A stretch of DNA of 64,000 nt from Trichodelitschia bisporula. Taxonomy: Eukaryota. Positions within the stretch are counted from its first letter, which is position 1. Every line of letters begins with the position of its first letter. The notes under the pieces were generated by a model. The model was not told where the DNA came from. It ran no database searches and saw only the letters and a program-made list of their open reading frames with translations. Location of the stretch: contig ML996688.1 of NCBI GenBank assembly GCA_010356995.1, positions 496,001 through 560,000 on the forward strand, in the 5' to 3' direction. Shown piece after piece: positions 50,856 through 64,000 of the stretch. Both the position numbers and the translations under genes were made by a program.

Positions 50856-51757
50856 GGGACTGGCCTGGCATCTGGTGGATTCGGCGTTGTGCTTCTTTTT
50901 CAGTTACTGGAGCATGTCTCGTGAAGTCCGCCTGTGGGTCGTGCTCCCGGGCGTGGGAGTTATGACCATGGACGTCATGAAAACGTAGAAAATGGGACAA
51001 CTTGTCACGGCCCGCTATATCGCGTCTGTAGGCAGTGTGTGTCGTACTTGAGATGTCCATCTCTACGGCTGGATTGCTAATGACCAAGCCAACCTGACGA
51101 TGCCTTTGATCCATTTGGGACATGTGACACATGCCTAGTATCGCCGCATCAACGATCTGAACACTCCCGAGAATCAGAACTGTGCCATATGAAGCCTAGC
51201 CTCAACTTAGCGGTGATGTACAACTGCCCGACTCATGAAGTCTCTACCCCGCCTCATGTAGAGAGGCCATTAAGGTCCCGTGCATGCATGATACTACTCC
51301 GATGTCACCATGCATCCCCGTCGATTGACAGACAGCAACGACACTGGCCAAAAGAGCTGCGGGGTCTGCGGTTCGACGGGCTTGGCGGGAGTTGTCAGGC
51401 ATTGCGGCAAAGCCTACCCCTGGTCGGCAAAGATCGGATTCCACGAGCACTTAAAACCCTTCGAAAAATCCTATCGCAACTCCCAAACAATGTCGTTGCT
51501 CTCCTTCCCCACCTCTGGCCCCGTTGCCACCACGTATACGTTTCCCAGAAATAATTTCGCTTTTCACCTAACCAATGTCTTGCCACCGCCTCTAGCCATT
51601 GCCTCCCTGTCATCCCGTCACTATCCGGCATTGTTAAGCATCCTGCCATCGGCAACATCTGTTCGATATCCGTTTTGTTGAAGCCTATCAGATCCCGGTG
51701 AGATTTTTTGAAAGAAACAGAGTAAGTTTAAGTCCTGCAAACCTCCATGAGCACTCC

Positions 51758-51835
51758 TCTCTATGATGAATACCACCTTTTTTTAGATGTTAGACTTCCG
51801 AGCTCAAAGCTGCGGAGAAAACCCATTCTGATCAC
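51758..51835 (+). ncRNA. snR58: Box C/D snoRNA, snR58-like (predicted guide for LSU rRNA Cm663, yeast numbering)
   Basis: Box C ATGATGA 51763-51769; guide TAGATGTTAGACT(T) 51784-51797, antisense to LSU rRNA GAGUCUAACAUCUA (recalled sequence); D' CCGA 51798-51801; short AGCT/AGCT stem; C'-like TGCGGA 51811-51816; box D CTGA 51828-51831. Ends are approximate. Confidence 0.82.
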
Positions 51836-51930
51836 GTTTTTGCCCCACCCCATTATGTATTGTTTTTCAGTGTTCCTCTCGCTGATAGGTCTCGACAGGA
51901 AAAGGTTGATTGATACTTAAGGTTAACGCC

Positions 51931-53794
51931 ATGTGTGGAATCATTGCGGTTATCCACGCCGATACGGCCACTCCAGCTGCGGTCGAGATCCATGATGCGC
52001 TGTACCTCCTCCAGCACCGTGGGCAAGATGCTTGCGGTATCGCCACCAGCGGAGCTGGTGGTAGAATATACCAGTGCAAGGGAAACGGTATGGCATCCAA
52101 GGTTTTCCACGACGGCTCTCGCGTTGCCGATCTCCCCGGATTCATGGGCCTCGGTCATTTGAGATACCCGACCGCGGGGAGCAGCAATAACTCCGAAGCT
52201 CAGCCGTTCTACGTCAATAGTCCGTATGGCATCTGCTTCACGCATAACGGCAACTTGATCAACGCCCCGGAGCTTCGCCGGTTTCTGGACAAGGAGGCTC
52301 ATCGCCATATCAATACCGACAGCGACAGCGAGCTCATGCTGAATATCTTTGCCAACGAACTCAATGAAACCGGCAAGGCCCGTGTGAATGCAAGCGATTG
52401 CTTTGCCGCTCTCGGGCGAATGTACAAGCGTTGCGTGGGTGGTTGGGCATGTACCGCCATGCTTGCCGGTAAGCGATATTGCAGCTGAGGTTGATCGGAT
52501 ATCCACTAACCCGTTCAGGGTTTGGGCTTATCGGCTTCCGTGATGCATACGGCATCCGTCCCATGGTTCTCGGCTCGAAGCCTTCCGAAACCGGAGCAGG
52601 AACTGACTACATGATGGCATCCGAGTCCGTGGCCTTGGTTCAGTGTGGCTACAAAACCTTTGTCGACATCTTGCCTGGCCAGGCCGTGATTATCGAGAAG
52701 GGAAAGGAGCCGGTGTTTCAGCAAGTTCACCCGCAGCTTGCGTACTCCCCGGATATCTTTGAATACGTGTACTTTGCTCGTCCGGACACTATTATTGACG
52801 GCATCGACGTTGACGAAGCTCGCCGCAACATGGGGTTCAAACTGGCAGAGACCATTGAAAAAGAGCTCGGTCCGGAATTGCTTGCTGACATCGATGTGGT
52901 TATGCCCATTCCTGAGACCAGCATCACGAGCGCCCAATGCGTTGCCCGGGCACTCAACAAGGAGCACGTGCAAGGCTTCGTCAAGAACCGGTATATATTC
53001 CGGACGTTCATCATGCCGAACCAGAAGGCACGTCAGAAGGGTGTACGGGCTAAGCTCAATGCTATGCCGAAGAAGTTTGCTGGGAAGAATGTCCTTCTCG
53101 TGGACGACAGTATCGTGCGGGGTACCACCAGCCGGGAAATCGTTCAAATGGCCCGGGAGGCCGGTGCTAAGAAGGTCATTTTCACGAGTTGTGCGCCGCC
53201 GATCACGTAAGTCTCATGTTCTGAATCTCCGGGGTGGTGCTGACGGTTGCTAGAAATGCCCATATCTATGGCATTGACCTTGCCTCCAGCTCGGAGTTGA
53301 TTGCGCATCACCGGTCGTCCAACGACATTGCCAAGGTCATTGGCGCTGATGCTGTCATCTATCAGACGTTGACTGATTTGGAGGAGGCCTGTCTTTCACT
53401 GGTTAACACACCGGCTGGTCCAACGCGCTTCGAAGTCGGTGTCTTCTGTGGGAAATATGTCACGCCAGTGGATGATGCCTACTTCCAGCACCTGGAGCAG
53501 ATCCGAGGTGCGCGCAAGAAGGCCAAGGTGGTAGAGCAAGCGCGGAGTGCGGTTGTCCATGGCACTGCCGGGGATAAGGAGCTTACGATCGCGCTGAACG
53601 GGTGCGATGTCGACAACCTGGGCAATGTGGTGCCGGCCGAGAATGGCAACGGGGTCGTGGCTCCTCTGACCAACGGACATTCGGCGGTCATTGACGCTGA
53701 TGAAGAGAAGAAGCTGGACGGGGACAAGCAGGTCCGGGTGAGGGAGTGTCAAGACATCAGCCTGCACAACTTCAACGATCATCCCACCAACTGA
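51931..53794 (+). CDS. ADE4: Amidophosphoribosyltransferase (PurF; ~588 aa, 3 coding exons)
   Basis: Exons 51931-52468, 52519-53206, 53254-53794; introns of 50 and 47 nt. N-terminal nucleophile [41 protein letters not shown] loop [19 protein letters not shown]. Confidence 0.97.
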
Positions 53795-56700
53795 GTGATG
53801 AGATGGTTTTCCTTATATGGTACTGGATGGGCGGAGCACTTGTTTTTTATCCAACGCATGAACCGCACGTATGAACTGCTGAGACGAATAGGCGATGAGA
53901 CCTTGCGTTAGAATTAGATACCTATCACTTATATGCACTAGACATTACCGGTTGACCGCATTCCCTTGATCCATTTATCCCCTTGGAATGCTGAAACTCT
54001 GCTGTACAGGTCGAGTATATTCTCGCTTCAGTTCGGGTTGATACTCCTGGTGCTTTCCCGATCCCAACCTGGTCCAATTCCTCTCTACTCCTACATTGCA
54101 TTCTTGTTCTCATAAAATTGATGTTCATCGCCTTGGGCCTCCTAGCGATGGGGACATCAATTGACAGGTTTGGATGGGCCTCATGTATCATGGTTGAATT
54201 CTTCAAAATATCCATTACCAGTGACGAGAAGACCATGCTCCCCCAAAATACAAACGATCGCTGATCATATCGGAGTATCATCTCCTAGGAAGGCAAATCT
54301 CTAGAGTATCCAAGGCTAGACTCGCAAAATCAAGACATCAGCCTCACAACTAACACAAACAGTATTCACCCAGTTCTACCAAGCCTGCAGTACAGCAACT
54401 CAGCTCAGAGTCCAACACCATCGAGCCACTCCACCCTCAATCCATCTCTACCCGTCACACCAGAGCCCCCCTCGGCTCAACCTCCCTCATCCCTCAGCCT
54501 CGTCGCGTCACAAAGCGACGCGCCGCGCAACACAACCCCCCACGTACGACGCGCTAGTCACCGGTCTCGCGTCGAAAGTATTTCCTACCTGCATAAGCAT
54601 CACGAACCGACGTTCAACAAGGGGCTCCATCGGTCCAGCATGCGCAGGCACGCCCATGCCATTTGCTCGCGGGCGCGTCATTGAGGGGGACCGCATCGGT
54701 CGGTGCTCCCACGCAGCCGCGCGACGGGACGCGTGTTTAGGGAGAGGGGTATGTACGGTACATGGGCGGTGCGGCTGGTTCAGCTGCGGTGAGCGCGGGA
54801 AGGTGAGGCGCAGGCTATGGTTAATTTCCCGGGTCTGGGATGCGGGGGGGGGAGCTCGGGCTCGTATTTTTGACAAGGCTGCAGCGGGTGGGGGGGTTGC
54901 TTGATGTTGTTGCTTGACGCCGGAGTCTGGAATAATGACGAATTGGCCTAGATGCGGTTTACTTGAGTTGAGCTCCCCGCGGTGAGCTCGAGTACGGGGC
55001 TGAGGGGTGGAAGGTCAAGCGCGTGTGGCGTGCAGGGCGGCTGTGGAATTGAAATTCGCGAAGGCGCGCAGGCTGTCTCCTGTTTTGGTCTGCAGGGGCT
55101 GCATGTTGGAAGTACCGGATGGATAATAGGATGCTGTGACGACGGCCACACAATAGTTAGATGCGTCTTTAGATGAATGGTATTATGCGCCAAATTAAGA
55201 ATCGAGAAATTGCCTGCAGGTGAACGCATAGCAGGGCGGAACGATAGCTGCCCGCATGTTCAGAAGGAGATGGGAGGGAAGGCGAGTGTCATGTGGATCC
55301 TCACTCGGGACTAGAGGGGGCACCTATCAGTAGTATCACGACTTCAAGGAGCAGGGTCCGATGAAGTTGGTCGTGACAATATACATGCAATGCTGTCGAG
55401 ACTCAGATATGGCGACCTTCCACGGAAGGGTTCAGCCTCAATACTGAGAATCATAGACCAACTGAGATGCGACAGTGGAGTACTAAGAAAGACGATCTGT
55501 ACTGTAGCGTTCGACGAATTAACGTATGGCTCGTGACAAAGGCTTCAGCTCAAGATCACTGCAGCAGGCTCTCCAGAATAGCATATCAGTCCTCAGAAAA
55601 CGTGATGTGCAGAAAATCTGCGGTGATGAGCGCGGCAGATCACGTCGACGGATATGCCCCGAGATCGGGCCGTGAGGCTCCCCAGATACCAGCATCAAGA
55701 CTGTTCGACTTAACCATCCGTAATACAGAGTAGACGTGGTGATATGGCGAAAGCGTAGATTTCATCGGGACATGCAATGAAGATGCAGACCAGGAACGAC
55801 TTGAAAAAGAGAGAGTCTATGTAAAAACGTTGTGGACATGAAGATCAGATGGTGAAGCACAACGTCATTATTATTCCCCAGAGCAGAGGCTCAAGCCACC
55901 GGACAGTGGGGCCACAAGCAGTTGAGCTTGCGGCGCCCCGGCCGCCCTTTCCGCACTTTGGCACCCGCTCCCGAGGACGGGCGTCGAGCCGTCAACGATC
56001 AACCACAGTCGTGCGCTGCGGTCCTGCCTCGCAGGCAATTTTTGTGGACGCAGGTACATGATCTAGTAAACGGGAGAGGAGGATTGATCGCCGTGGCTTG
56101 ACCGCCATCCCTGCACCGCTTCTTGCGCGTCTTTGAGGCGGAGAAACCATGAAGCGGGGAGAAGCCCAGTTCAAAGCGGAGGGCAAAGAGATGAAGATAT
56201 CGCGTTGGTGGAGAGAGAGAGAGAGCGTCGCAACGACAGCGGAACCCGTACCGATCACTGTAGATCTTCCGCGACTTCACTAAGGCACAGAGGCCAGGGA
56301 AATGAAAGGATACATACTGCATTCGGTATGGAGTGGCGGGACCCCCTCATCAACTGACGTCTCAGCATATGTGCATTCGGTTTATGCGTGATGCCGCCTC
56401 GCCTTACCGTAGACGTCAAGGGAAGCGATTTCGCCTCCGAGCTTTCCAGAGCATATCGCGAAGAAGCGAGCGCAAGAAAAGCAAATAACCCCAGAGGGAG
56501 GGTGGATACTGGTATTGGCATAGCGCAGTTTTCAGCCAGTGCTCCGTGCAATCGTTTCGGCTGAGGAGGTGCGCGGTTTGGCGCCTCAGCCGTGTGCCCA
56601 GGGGCGGGCTCGAGTCGGTGGCCGAAGGATTTGGATCCTTGCAGTTCACGAGTGGCAGGTGAAGCAAGGATGGCTTCAGGGTGGGTGATAAAGAGAGCCA

Positions 56701-59700
56701 TGGTGAAGGTATGGAGGACCAGTCAACGGCAAGTATCGCGGTACGTCCAAAAATATATCTGAAAGAAGGTCAGTCCGTACGACAAATGCTGGATCTGGAC
56801 GAATAGATGATATCCCAGCATCCAAATTCCACAGCGCAGTTTTGGGGTGACATTTCGTCCTTGTACTGCCAATGAATTGAAGTGGATTGCTTATGTCTCC
56901 TTGCCAGACAGGATGCACTACCAGTGCAGGTGCTGGTGACTGGAGTACGCGGAAAGGCTCGCGAGGGTCAAAGGTGTGCACGAAGCTAAAGTCTGGGTTG
57001 GGTAAGGTTTGGCGGGTGCAAGCAAGCCGTAAAGTAGCGCAAGAACGCCCGCGGATGCCAAATGCATGCCGTGGCCAGTGGCTGCAAGCCTACCGCTGGC
57101 GGTTGTCCGCCCACAGAGGCAAGTGTGGTCAGCACGTGTGGGGGTTTGCTTTTGTCCTCAAGGCTGTCAACTTGATATCCGGCCGCTTCCTGCAGCCGTA
57201 GGCTAGATTCGAAGAGTATATGTGAGTAAAATGGAACTCTAAAGTTGAGTGAGCTTGGGAGGGGTAGGGTGGGGGATTTGGATGCATTAGTTGTGACTTG
57301 AAGAGCGCAGCTGTGCAGGAGGCAGGTCCGCAGGCATCGACAGCTCGGTTCATCACTAGGCGAAGCACGCGAATTGCGCCGTGATGGACTTTTGTGAAGA
57401 AGCTCTGTGAGGATGGTGATGAAAGGAAGTCAAGAAAACAGAAACTGAGGCACCAGCTAGTTCGTTCCAGGCCTAGTGTGTGGTAGATGGCCGTAGACAT
57501 GACTGGGATGTCACTGCGAGAATAGGGGGGGCGCGAGGCAAAAGACAAGAGGCGGCAGTCCAAGAGTCCAGAACGGGAAAAGGCGGGGGGGGGAAGGCTT
57601 GCGGTGTGTGGCAGGGAACAAGGGTTTAGAAGGATTGCCGTCGGCGGCGTGGCGGAGGAATTCCAGGAAGGGGCGTGGGGCGGGGAGATGAGAATGAGGG
57701 CCGATTAGACGACTGGCGAGTCTGCAAGTCAAGACTTTCCCAGCACAGTGGCTCTGGCGTGAGCTTCGGCTACGGCTGTGGGCTGCGTTGATCATCAGCA
57801 AAGAGGTCTTCCGGTGACGAACGGTTGGACTGCCCGGAGGCGCACAAGATCTAAGACGGAGGTTGACCAGTCAGAGCGCCTGTCAAAATTGGCCTTCAGC
57901 TTTCCTACGCTTATTTTCCTGCTCCCCTCCAAAAGGATCGACATGACGACGATTTACAGTACCGTAGCAGATCCAGATCTTGAATCCAGTCTGGCCAAAA
58001 CGCAAATCGGCAGTGCGCACGAACAGCATACAATGATAAGTGGGCGAGGTGTGGGGGAGGGGGGAAAGAGGAGACAAGTGACATGAATAGCCTCAAAAGA
58101 CCCAGACGTACCTACAGGGTAGCTACAGGGCAGCGACCAGTTAGCACACTGGCTGATGCGCCTGGCTCGATGCTGCAGTGTCTTGTCGCCTCCCCCACAC
58201 TTAACCTAGCACTGATATGTCGCCGTGCCGTGCGTCCCCACGCGGCAAGCCTTCTCGACGAGTTGGCGTCCGGAGGGCGATGGCGGGCGGGGTAACGATG
58301 TTGAGATGTTCAGGCGAAATCGTGGGTAGGAGGGGTCGATGGTCACCTCCACACCTGGTCTCGGCTACGGATTAGATATTAGGACCCGAAATGCTTAGGA
58401 AAAAGAAGCAAAGGGAGAATAGCTGTGGTAAGAAGAAGCGGGTTGGCGTAGCGTGCAGCGAGAAAAGTATCACCACCGGTGTTCCATCATCGAAAGGAAC
58501 CAGGGAAGGCGGAGTGAGAAAACTCTGAATGGGATGAGGAAGCCTACTCCAAGTACATCATTGCAGTAGTCCATACCGTAATACCGCACCGCTTGTCTTT
58601 GCTGCTCTGAAGCAGGATGAAGCGCAGCCGCGGTCTTCAGCCTCCCGTTTTGAGACAGTGTGTGAAATGAAAGGTTAAGGCAGACGCGGATGTCTCTGGG
58701 CTTGGCAGATATGGAGTGCGTATTTCTCAGTACAGGTTGTAGTTTTTGGGGGAACCGAAAGCAAAGCAGCCCACAGATGCAGCACCGTGCCGCTTCAGCA
58801 ATGGAACGGACGGCTCTCCGAGGCTGGTCGGCTAAATCCTGATGCTTAGTGAAGGTTTCTACCAACGTACATCGTAGACCAACTTGGCTCACGATACCGC
58901 CATCGGGCCAAGGACAACCAGCATGATAAAACCAGCAGCAGCACGTTCTTGCTGATCCCTCACTTCCCTAAACTCAAAGTACATTTTGCAAGATGCTGGA
59001 CGACGACGCGCCGTTGTACACACGTACCTCGAAATACCTCCCGTGGCACGCACACTCGGTCACCACACCTACAGTCACAACAACCGGCGGGTCGCAGCTG
59101 TCGAGCGATTGCGCGAAGCGGAAGTGGGAAACGGTCCAGCTCGCTTATGAGGCTCAATGATTGGCTGCATGGTCAGCCTCGGGGGGTAACGCTGGTCAAG
59201 TGTCAACGCTCCCCCTGTTCACAGCGTGAGAGGAAGCCTGTTACCGGTACAGTAGGTACCGTACAGCGAGCTGTACACGGACCGTCCCCAGCTCCCTTCC
59301 CCGACGAGCTTGTTTGCATTGCAAATCTGGAATATCTGGCAAACCTGCGTACGTTATGGCCTGTAAGACTTTCCACCCCGCGCCTCTTTTCCAACGTCAG
59401 AGCTCCACATGAACTGGTCTTTCCATCCATCCCCCAAAGTGAGTGCCGCGGCACACATGCCATGGTTCTTCGGGGAATACTTGCGGAGCATGTCGCTCGG
59501 TGCCACGTTCGACGCCGGCGCCATGGGCGGTGGTCGACCTCATGGCCTAGACGTACGTAGTTACATGCCAGCGGCTGGGCGCGATGCGGAGGGAGGGGAA
59601 GCTTTGGGAATCTCGGGGCGGGTGGCACGCCCATGGGCGCCGCAAAGCCGCGCCGCATCCTTGTAGCCATCCCGCGAACCCGGCGGCAGGTGGATGGAGA

Positions 59701-62700
59701 AATCTGCAAGCTGCAGGCCTTGTCCCTCAAAAAAGCGGAGGATGGGGGGGCACTCATGTGCCTCGTTTGCGGAAAAGGCGCAAGAGGCTTGCCGCATAGA
59801 CGGGGCCATGGCCGGCAGGAGATCTTATCGACGACCAGTCCGGCTCTGGCCGAGCCTTGTTGGAGAGGTCGCTGGTTAGGGTAGGAAGCGTTACGGTATG
59901 GAGGAGGATAAGGCGTTGTTAAAGTGCACCCTTGATCGACGCGCAGCTCTCGGGTGTGGTGTTGTGGAGCGGTACGGCGGCAGCAGACCCCAGGGTATCC
60001 AGGGTTTGCTCGCCCCTGCAAGGATCATGTTTCGCGCGCCAGACTCAAGCGGGCGCAGCGCCAAAAGCTAGACGCGACGCCAACTCAAACTTATGGTCCA
60101 ATAGAAACGAAGGTTAGCTAGGATTCCAGCACGTTACTGGCAGACGAACTGGCGGCATCCAGTGAATGGCCGCGGCTCTCAGGGGGGGAACCCGGTTATT
60201 GGAAAAGAGATCCTCCACGATTGCGGGTTCAACGGAATGAATTCGTTTATCCTACGATGCTGCCACTGGAATGACGTTTGTTAGGGAAGAATATACACAA
60301 GGCTGTTGCAAAGCTTAGAAGGCTTCAAAGCTTGGGGAGGTTATGGTTGGGAAAGGCGCCTACTAAGCTTTCATACATCTGCTGCCCACGGTGCATCGTG
60401 CGCTCTTACACCAGTGGGAGGCGCTGGAGAAGCGCAAGTGCAAAGAGCATAGAGGGAAAACGGGGAAGACACATCAATGCATTGCCCCGCGACCCACGGA
60501 CCAAATCGCAGTCAAGGTCCACACTGCATGGAGGGGGACGGCCCCCCTGTCACTTGCAGCCATGGCAGTGACGGACGATGTCGGCTTCCCGCTATGCGGT
60601 AAGTACCGCGTGCTGGGGAGCGCCTTTGCCATGCTCCTGGCTGCTTGGCTCGCTGTCGGTGTCTGCAGCTGCAGCTCTCAGGGAGAGACGCGGACCCAGC
60701 AACGAGGACGGGCGAGCTTGTCCTGCGTTCAGAGGGGTGCGGTTGGTAGACGAGTAACTCTGGTACGGGCTGCCCAATGAAGGTCTCTTTTATTCTCGTT
60801 TTTGCTGTCGCGCCAAACATATGACGTCGAAAGCAAGACCGGCCAGTCGAGCATAAGTGTGCGATGATTCCAGCACCAATCTCTGGAAAGGGAGCCAGGG
60901 GTGGAGAAAAGGTTGACGAAGGTTGCGAGAGGTGCTCAAGGATGGAAATCCGGGCCGCAACCTAAATATAGCTCGTATTGTTGGACCCCAGACAGGAGAG
61001 ACGAGAAATGGGAAATTGCGCGGGGCTCGATGGAGGACTTTTGTGTCCGAAAGTGGGATGGAACGGGATCAATATGGATGACGAATATGCTATTGCAGGC
61101 CGCAAGGGCGAGATTATGGAGATGCACGCGAAGCGATGCCGGAATTTCAGGGCCCGCGACAGATGCAGTCCGGCAAGGAGGAGGAGGGATGGTGGTCGTG
61201 GGGCTGCAGCAAGCGACTGAGTTTCAGGGGCCGCAGGCGCAGTTGCGTGAACGACCGTCTGACTGCGTGGGTGGTAGACAAAGCGTTGAGATGCGAGAAA
61301 CTTGGGGCATTTCGCCAATGTTTCTTTTATGACGATGGAGTCGATATTGCTTCGGTGAGGTTGGATGATAGTTGTGGATTGGGTATAGGCAAGTGCTATC
61401 CAGTAATGGTTTCCCCATATCAAGCTGAAGTTATTTGTCTGCGTTCGCCGCTAGCCAATCCGATTCGGCTGGCAGCTCTCGTGCCGGTCGCAGCGGTCTT
61501 GAAGACGGGTGTGGCACTGGGCGGAGGCGAGACAGCGCCATTTCAGAAGAAAAGCAACGCCAAATGCCGGGAGGTCGGGTCACAGCCGCACTCACGTCGA
61601 GAGTTATCTTCTGGTCTTGCTCTCAGTAATCCGTACCGTAGTGCGGCATTGCCAATGGGCGCTTGATAGAACCAATTGCGAGGTTAAGAAAAAGCCACTT
61701 AACGGACGCTGCAAGTTATCTTCCGTCAAGAAGCTTGCAGGTACTTGAGCGAGGCTTGAGGGCAAGTACGGTAGAGGGCCACAAAGGTTGAGGGCGTACC
61801 GTTTGTGACATCGGCTCAAGGTACGTACCACAAGTCCAGAATAGGGAACACGTGTGGGGCAAAAGACGCGGAGAATATGGGGGGGGGAGGGGCGATGTAC
61901 GATCATCATATCTGGTTGACGGGAAGAGATCTGGCTGTGAGGTCATTACTGAGGAAATTTTGGGTGAACATCCCAAGTCAGTAGGATTAGGACGTATTGA
62001 GGAATGGCGGAGAGGAGAGGAGAGAGCGATGAAGGGGATGAGAGGATGAGGCGTCGCGATGTGTGACCGGGCCGGGCGAAGCGAGCACTTTTAGTGAGAT
62101 TGCTGGGTTTAGAGCCAACTAGCGCGTAGGGATTATTTTGACTAGCGCAAGAGGCTATAACCATTTGGGCCATGATTTTGAGGGTGGTGAGTTATGGATG
62201 AGAGGGTGTTGCTGTGTGTTGCTATGAGGTCCTACGGTAGTTCTAGCTCTATGTAGGTAACTTCGTATGTGTGTGAGAGAGTGAGAGAGAGAGGGCCAGT
62301 TAGGAGCCTCCCCTTGACCCCTTCGCCCCTTCCCTAACAATTCTGCCTAACCCCTCCAACCCACCCCCAAACCCACGGACCTTCCAGCATTTCAGCCAGT
62401 CGTGAGTTCCTTTCTTGAGCACTCAAGTCATGGAAAGTCTGCGCGTGCTTGGTGCCTTCCTCCTCCTCCTCCTCCTCCTCCTTCCCTCCATCCCCCTTCT
62501 TCCTTCCTCCCCTACTCATCCTTTCCCACCCCCCCGCTCCTTCCTCAAGCCTGACTTGTTATACCCCGGCCGTTATGATCCTGGCTTAACCGGGAGACAG
62601 CGACCTGTTGACTCCTGCGCTACAGGCCTACGAAAAAACCGCCTAGGATCCTCGACCATCCCTGCCACTAACAAGCCGTCAAGAGCGATGAAAGGAAACG

Positions 62701-63692
62701 GACCTTGGAGGGGGAGGAGGAGGGGAAGGCGCTTGGGCGATGCATCTGACGAACCAAACTGGTACCAAAGGTATCCAAACGTCAACAACTCTATCCAAAT
62801 CCTTCCTTCCTCACGAACTACGTATGAGGGCATGTTATAACGAAAGATACATCTGTTGTGTAAAAGAGGAAGCAGAGTCCCCTTCACCTAAACAGAGCGC
62901 ATCACCATTATCCCTCCATATACGCGTACTCCTACACATCTTCTTCTCTCCCTATCTCTTTTACATATCGTTATATATCCACCTCTCACGACTGTGAGAT
63001 ACCACCTACAAAACACCCCCTTCGGTGCTTGTCTCGACCAGCAGACGACAGGTTAAGGTTAGGGCGTGAGCAACTCCCGTCCGGGAACACTTCCTTGAGC
63101 ACTGTCTGGCGTCCGTGTGCATGAGAAGAATAGACGCCTCCTACTACTTGCTCTCTTTTGCTCCCCCACTAGAACTAACTCTCTCTCCTCGCGCTCAATT
63201 CACCACGCTTTTCATGCTTCCCGCTGCATCTCACTCAACGCTCTTCTCCACGCCGCAGTCACAGCTCCGGTTCCGCAGATCGTCAATACGTATCTGGACC
63301 ACTTCTAACCCATCTACCCATTCGCATATTTTGGTACCGGCAAGCGACCTCGCCTATACGCACCTATTGAGTCTCGAACGTAGGCGCCTCTCACCCTATC
63401 TTTGAATTTCCCTCCTACCCAACCCCTACACCATCACGCCTCTCGCTCCACGCTCGTCCCGATCCAGATCCCATACGCTCGGACCCCATACGCCTCCAGT
63501 CTTTTCCCCTAGCACGCGGGCAGCCTAAGCAGCCGCGGCGTACATAACAACCCGCCCTGACGCCCATCTACTCCCCCCTCCACTCAAAGATCATCGACAA
63601 AGAGAGCGAAAGCCTGTCCGCCTCAAAAGCCCCAAAAGCAACGGACCACCAGGGCAGCGCGAGACCCCCATTGTCGCGCCAAACTACCCCCC

Positions 63693-63746
63693 NNNNNNNN
63701 NNNNNNNNNNNNNNNNNNNNNNNNNNNNNNNNNNNNNNNNNNNNNN
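63693..63746. other. Assembly gap (54 N)
   Basis: Run of N preceded by a C run. Confidence 0.99.
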
Positions 63747-64000
63747 AACCACCATAACCACCCAAAGCGTCTCTTGAATCGACAGCCTTATCCCCCATAC
63801 CCGTCGCTCTTTTTTTCTCTTCACTGAGTGAGGAACCAAGTACACGAACCTTCTCCCCATCCAACAAACCCTCACCTCTCCCATCGTCGCTCATTCTCAA
63901 CACACCGTGTCCGCGTTGTCAAGAACCTACCCTCTTACTACCCCGTCAAAACTGCATCGCGTCGACGCGTATCGCACTTGTCATCCTCAAACATCTCGTA

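Noticed and set aside
63051..63064. GGTTAAGGTTAGGG telomere-like sequence
   Set aside because: Only about two imperfect units; compatible with chance.

Overview
Eukaryotic DNA from a filamentous ascomycete (Pezizomycotina; finer taxonomy cannot be fixed from sequence alone). Most genes have very short spliceosomal introns (41-58 nt), so the ORF track splits or misses them; exon models below were spliced by hand. In order: the 3' end of a probable Mrs2/Lpe10 Mg2+ channel, a MATH/USP-like/MORN/RING protein, deoxyhypusine synthase, a Snt1-like SANT protein, a 14-TM MFS transporter, choline sulfatase, a divergent pair (small membrane protein and DASH subunit Hsk3), the GATA nitrogen regulator AreA/NIT-2 behind a ~7 kb upstream region, a three-exon 83-aa hydrophilic protein, a GT34 glycosyltransferase, RPL24 and ADE4, then ~10 kb with no convincing gene. 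No transposon, CRISPR array, tRNA or rRNA was seen. The best hidden element is a box C/D snoRNA (snR58-like, guide for 25S Cm663) inside a predicted 5'-leader intron of ADE4, whose leader may also carry a uORF. Also notable: an apparently catalytically dead USP domain fused to MORN repeats and a RING finger, a GC-AG intron, a distal GATA-site cluster upstream of areA, and an intronic C82 tract.
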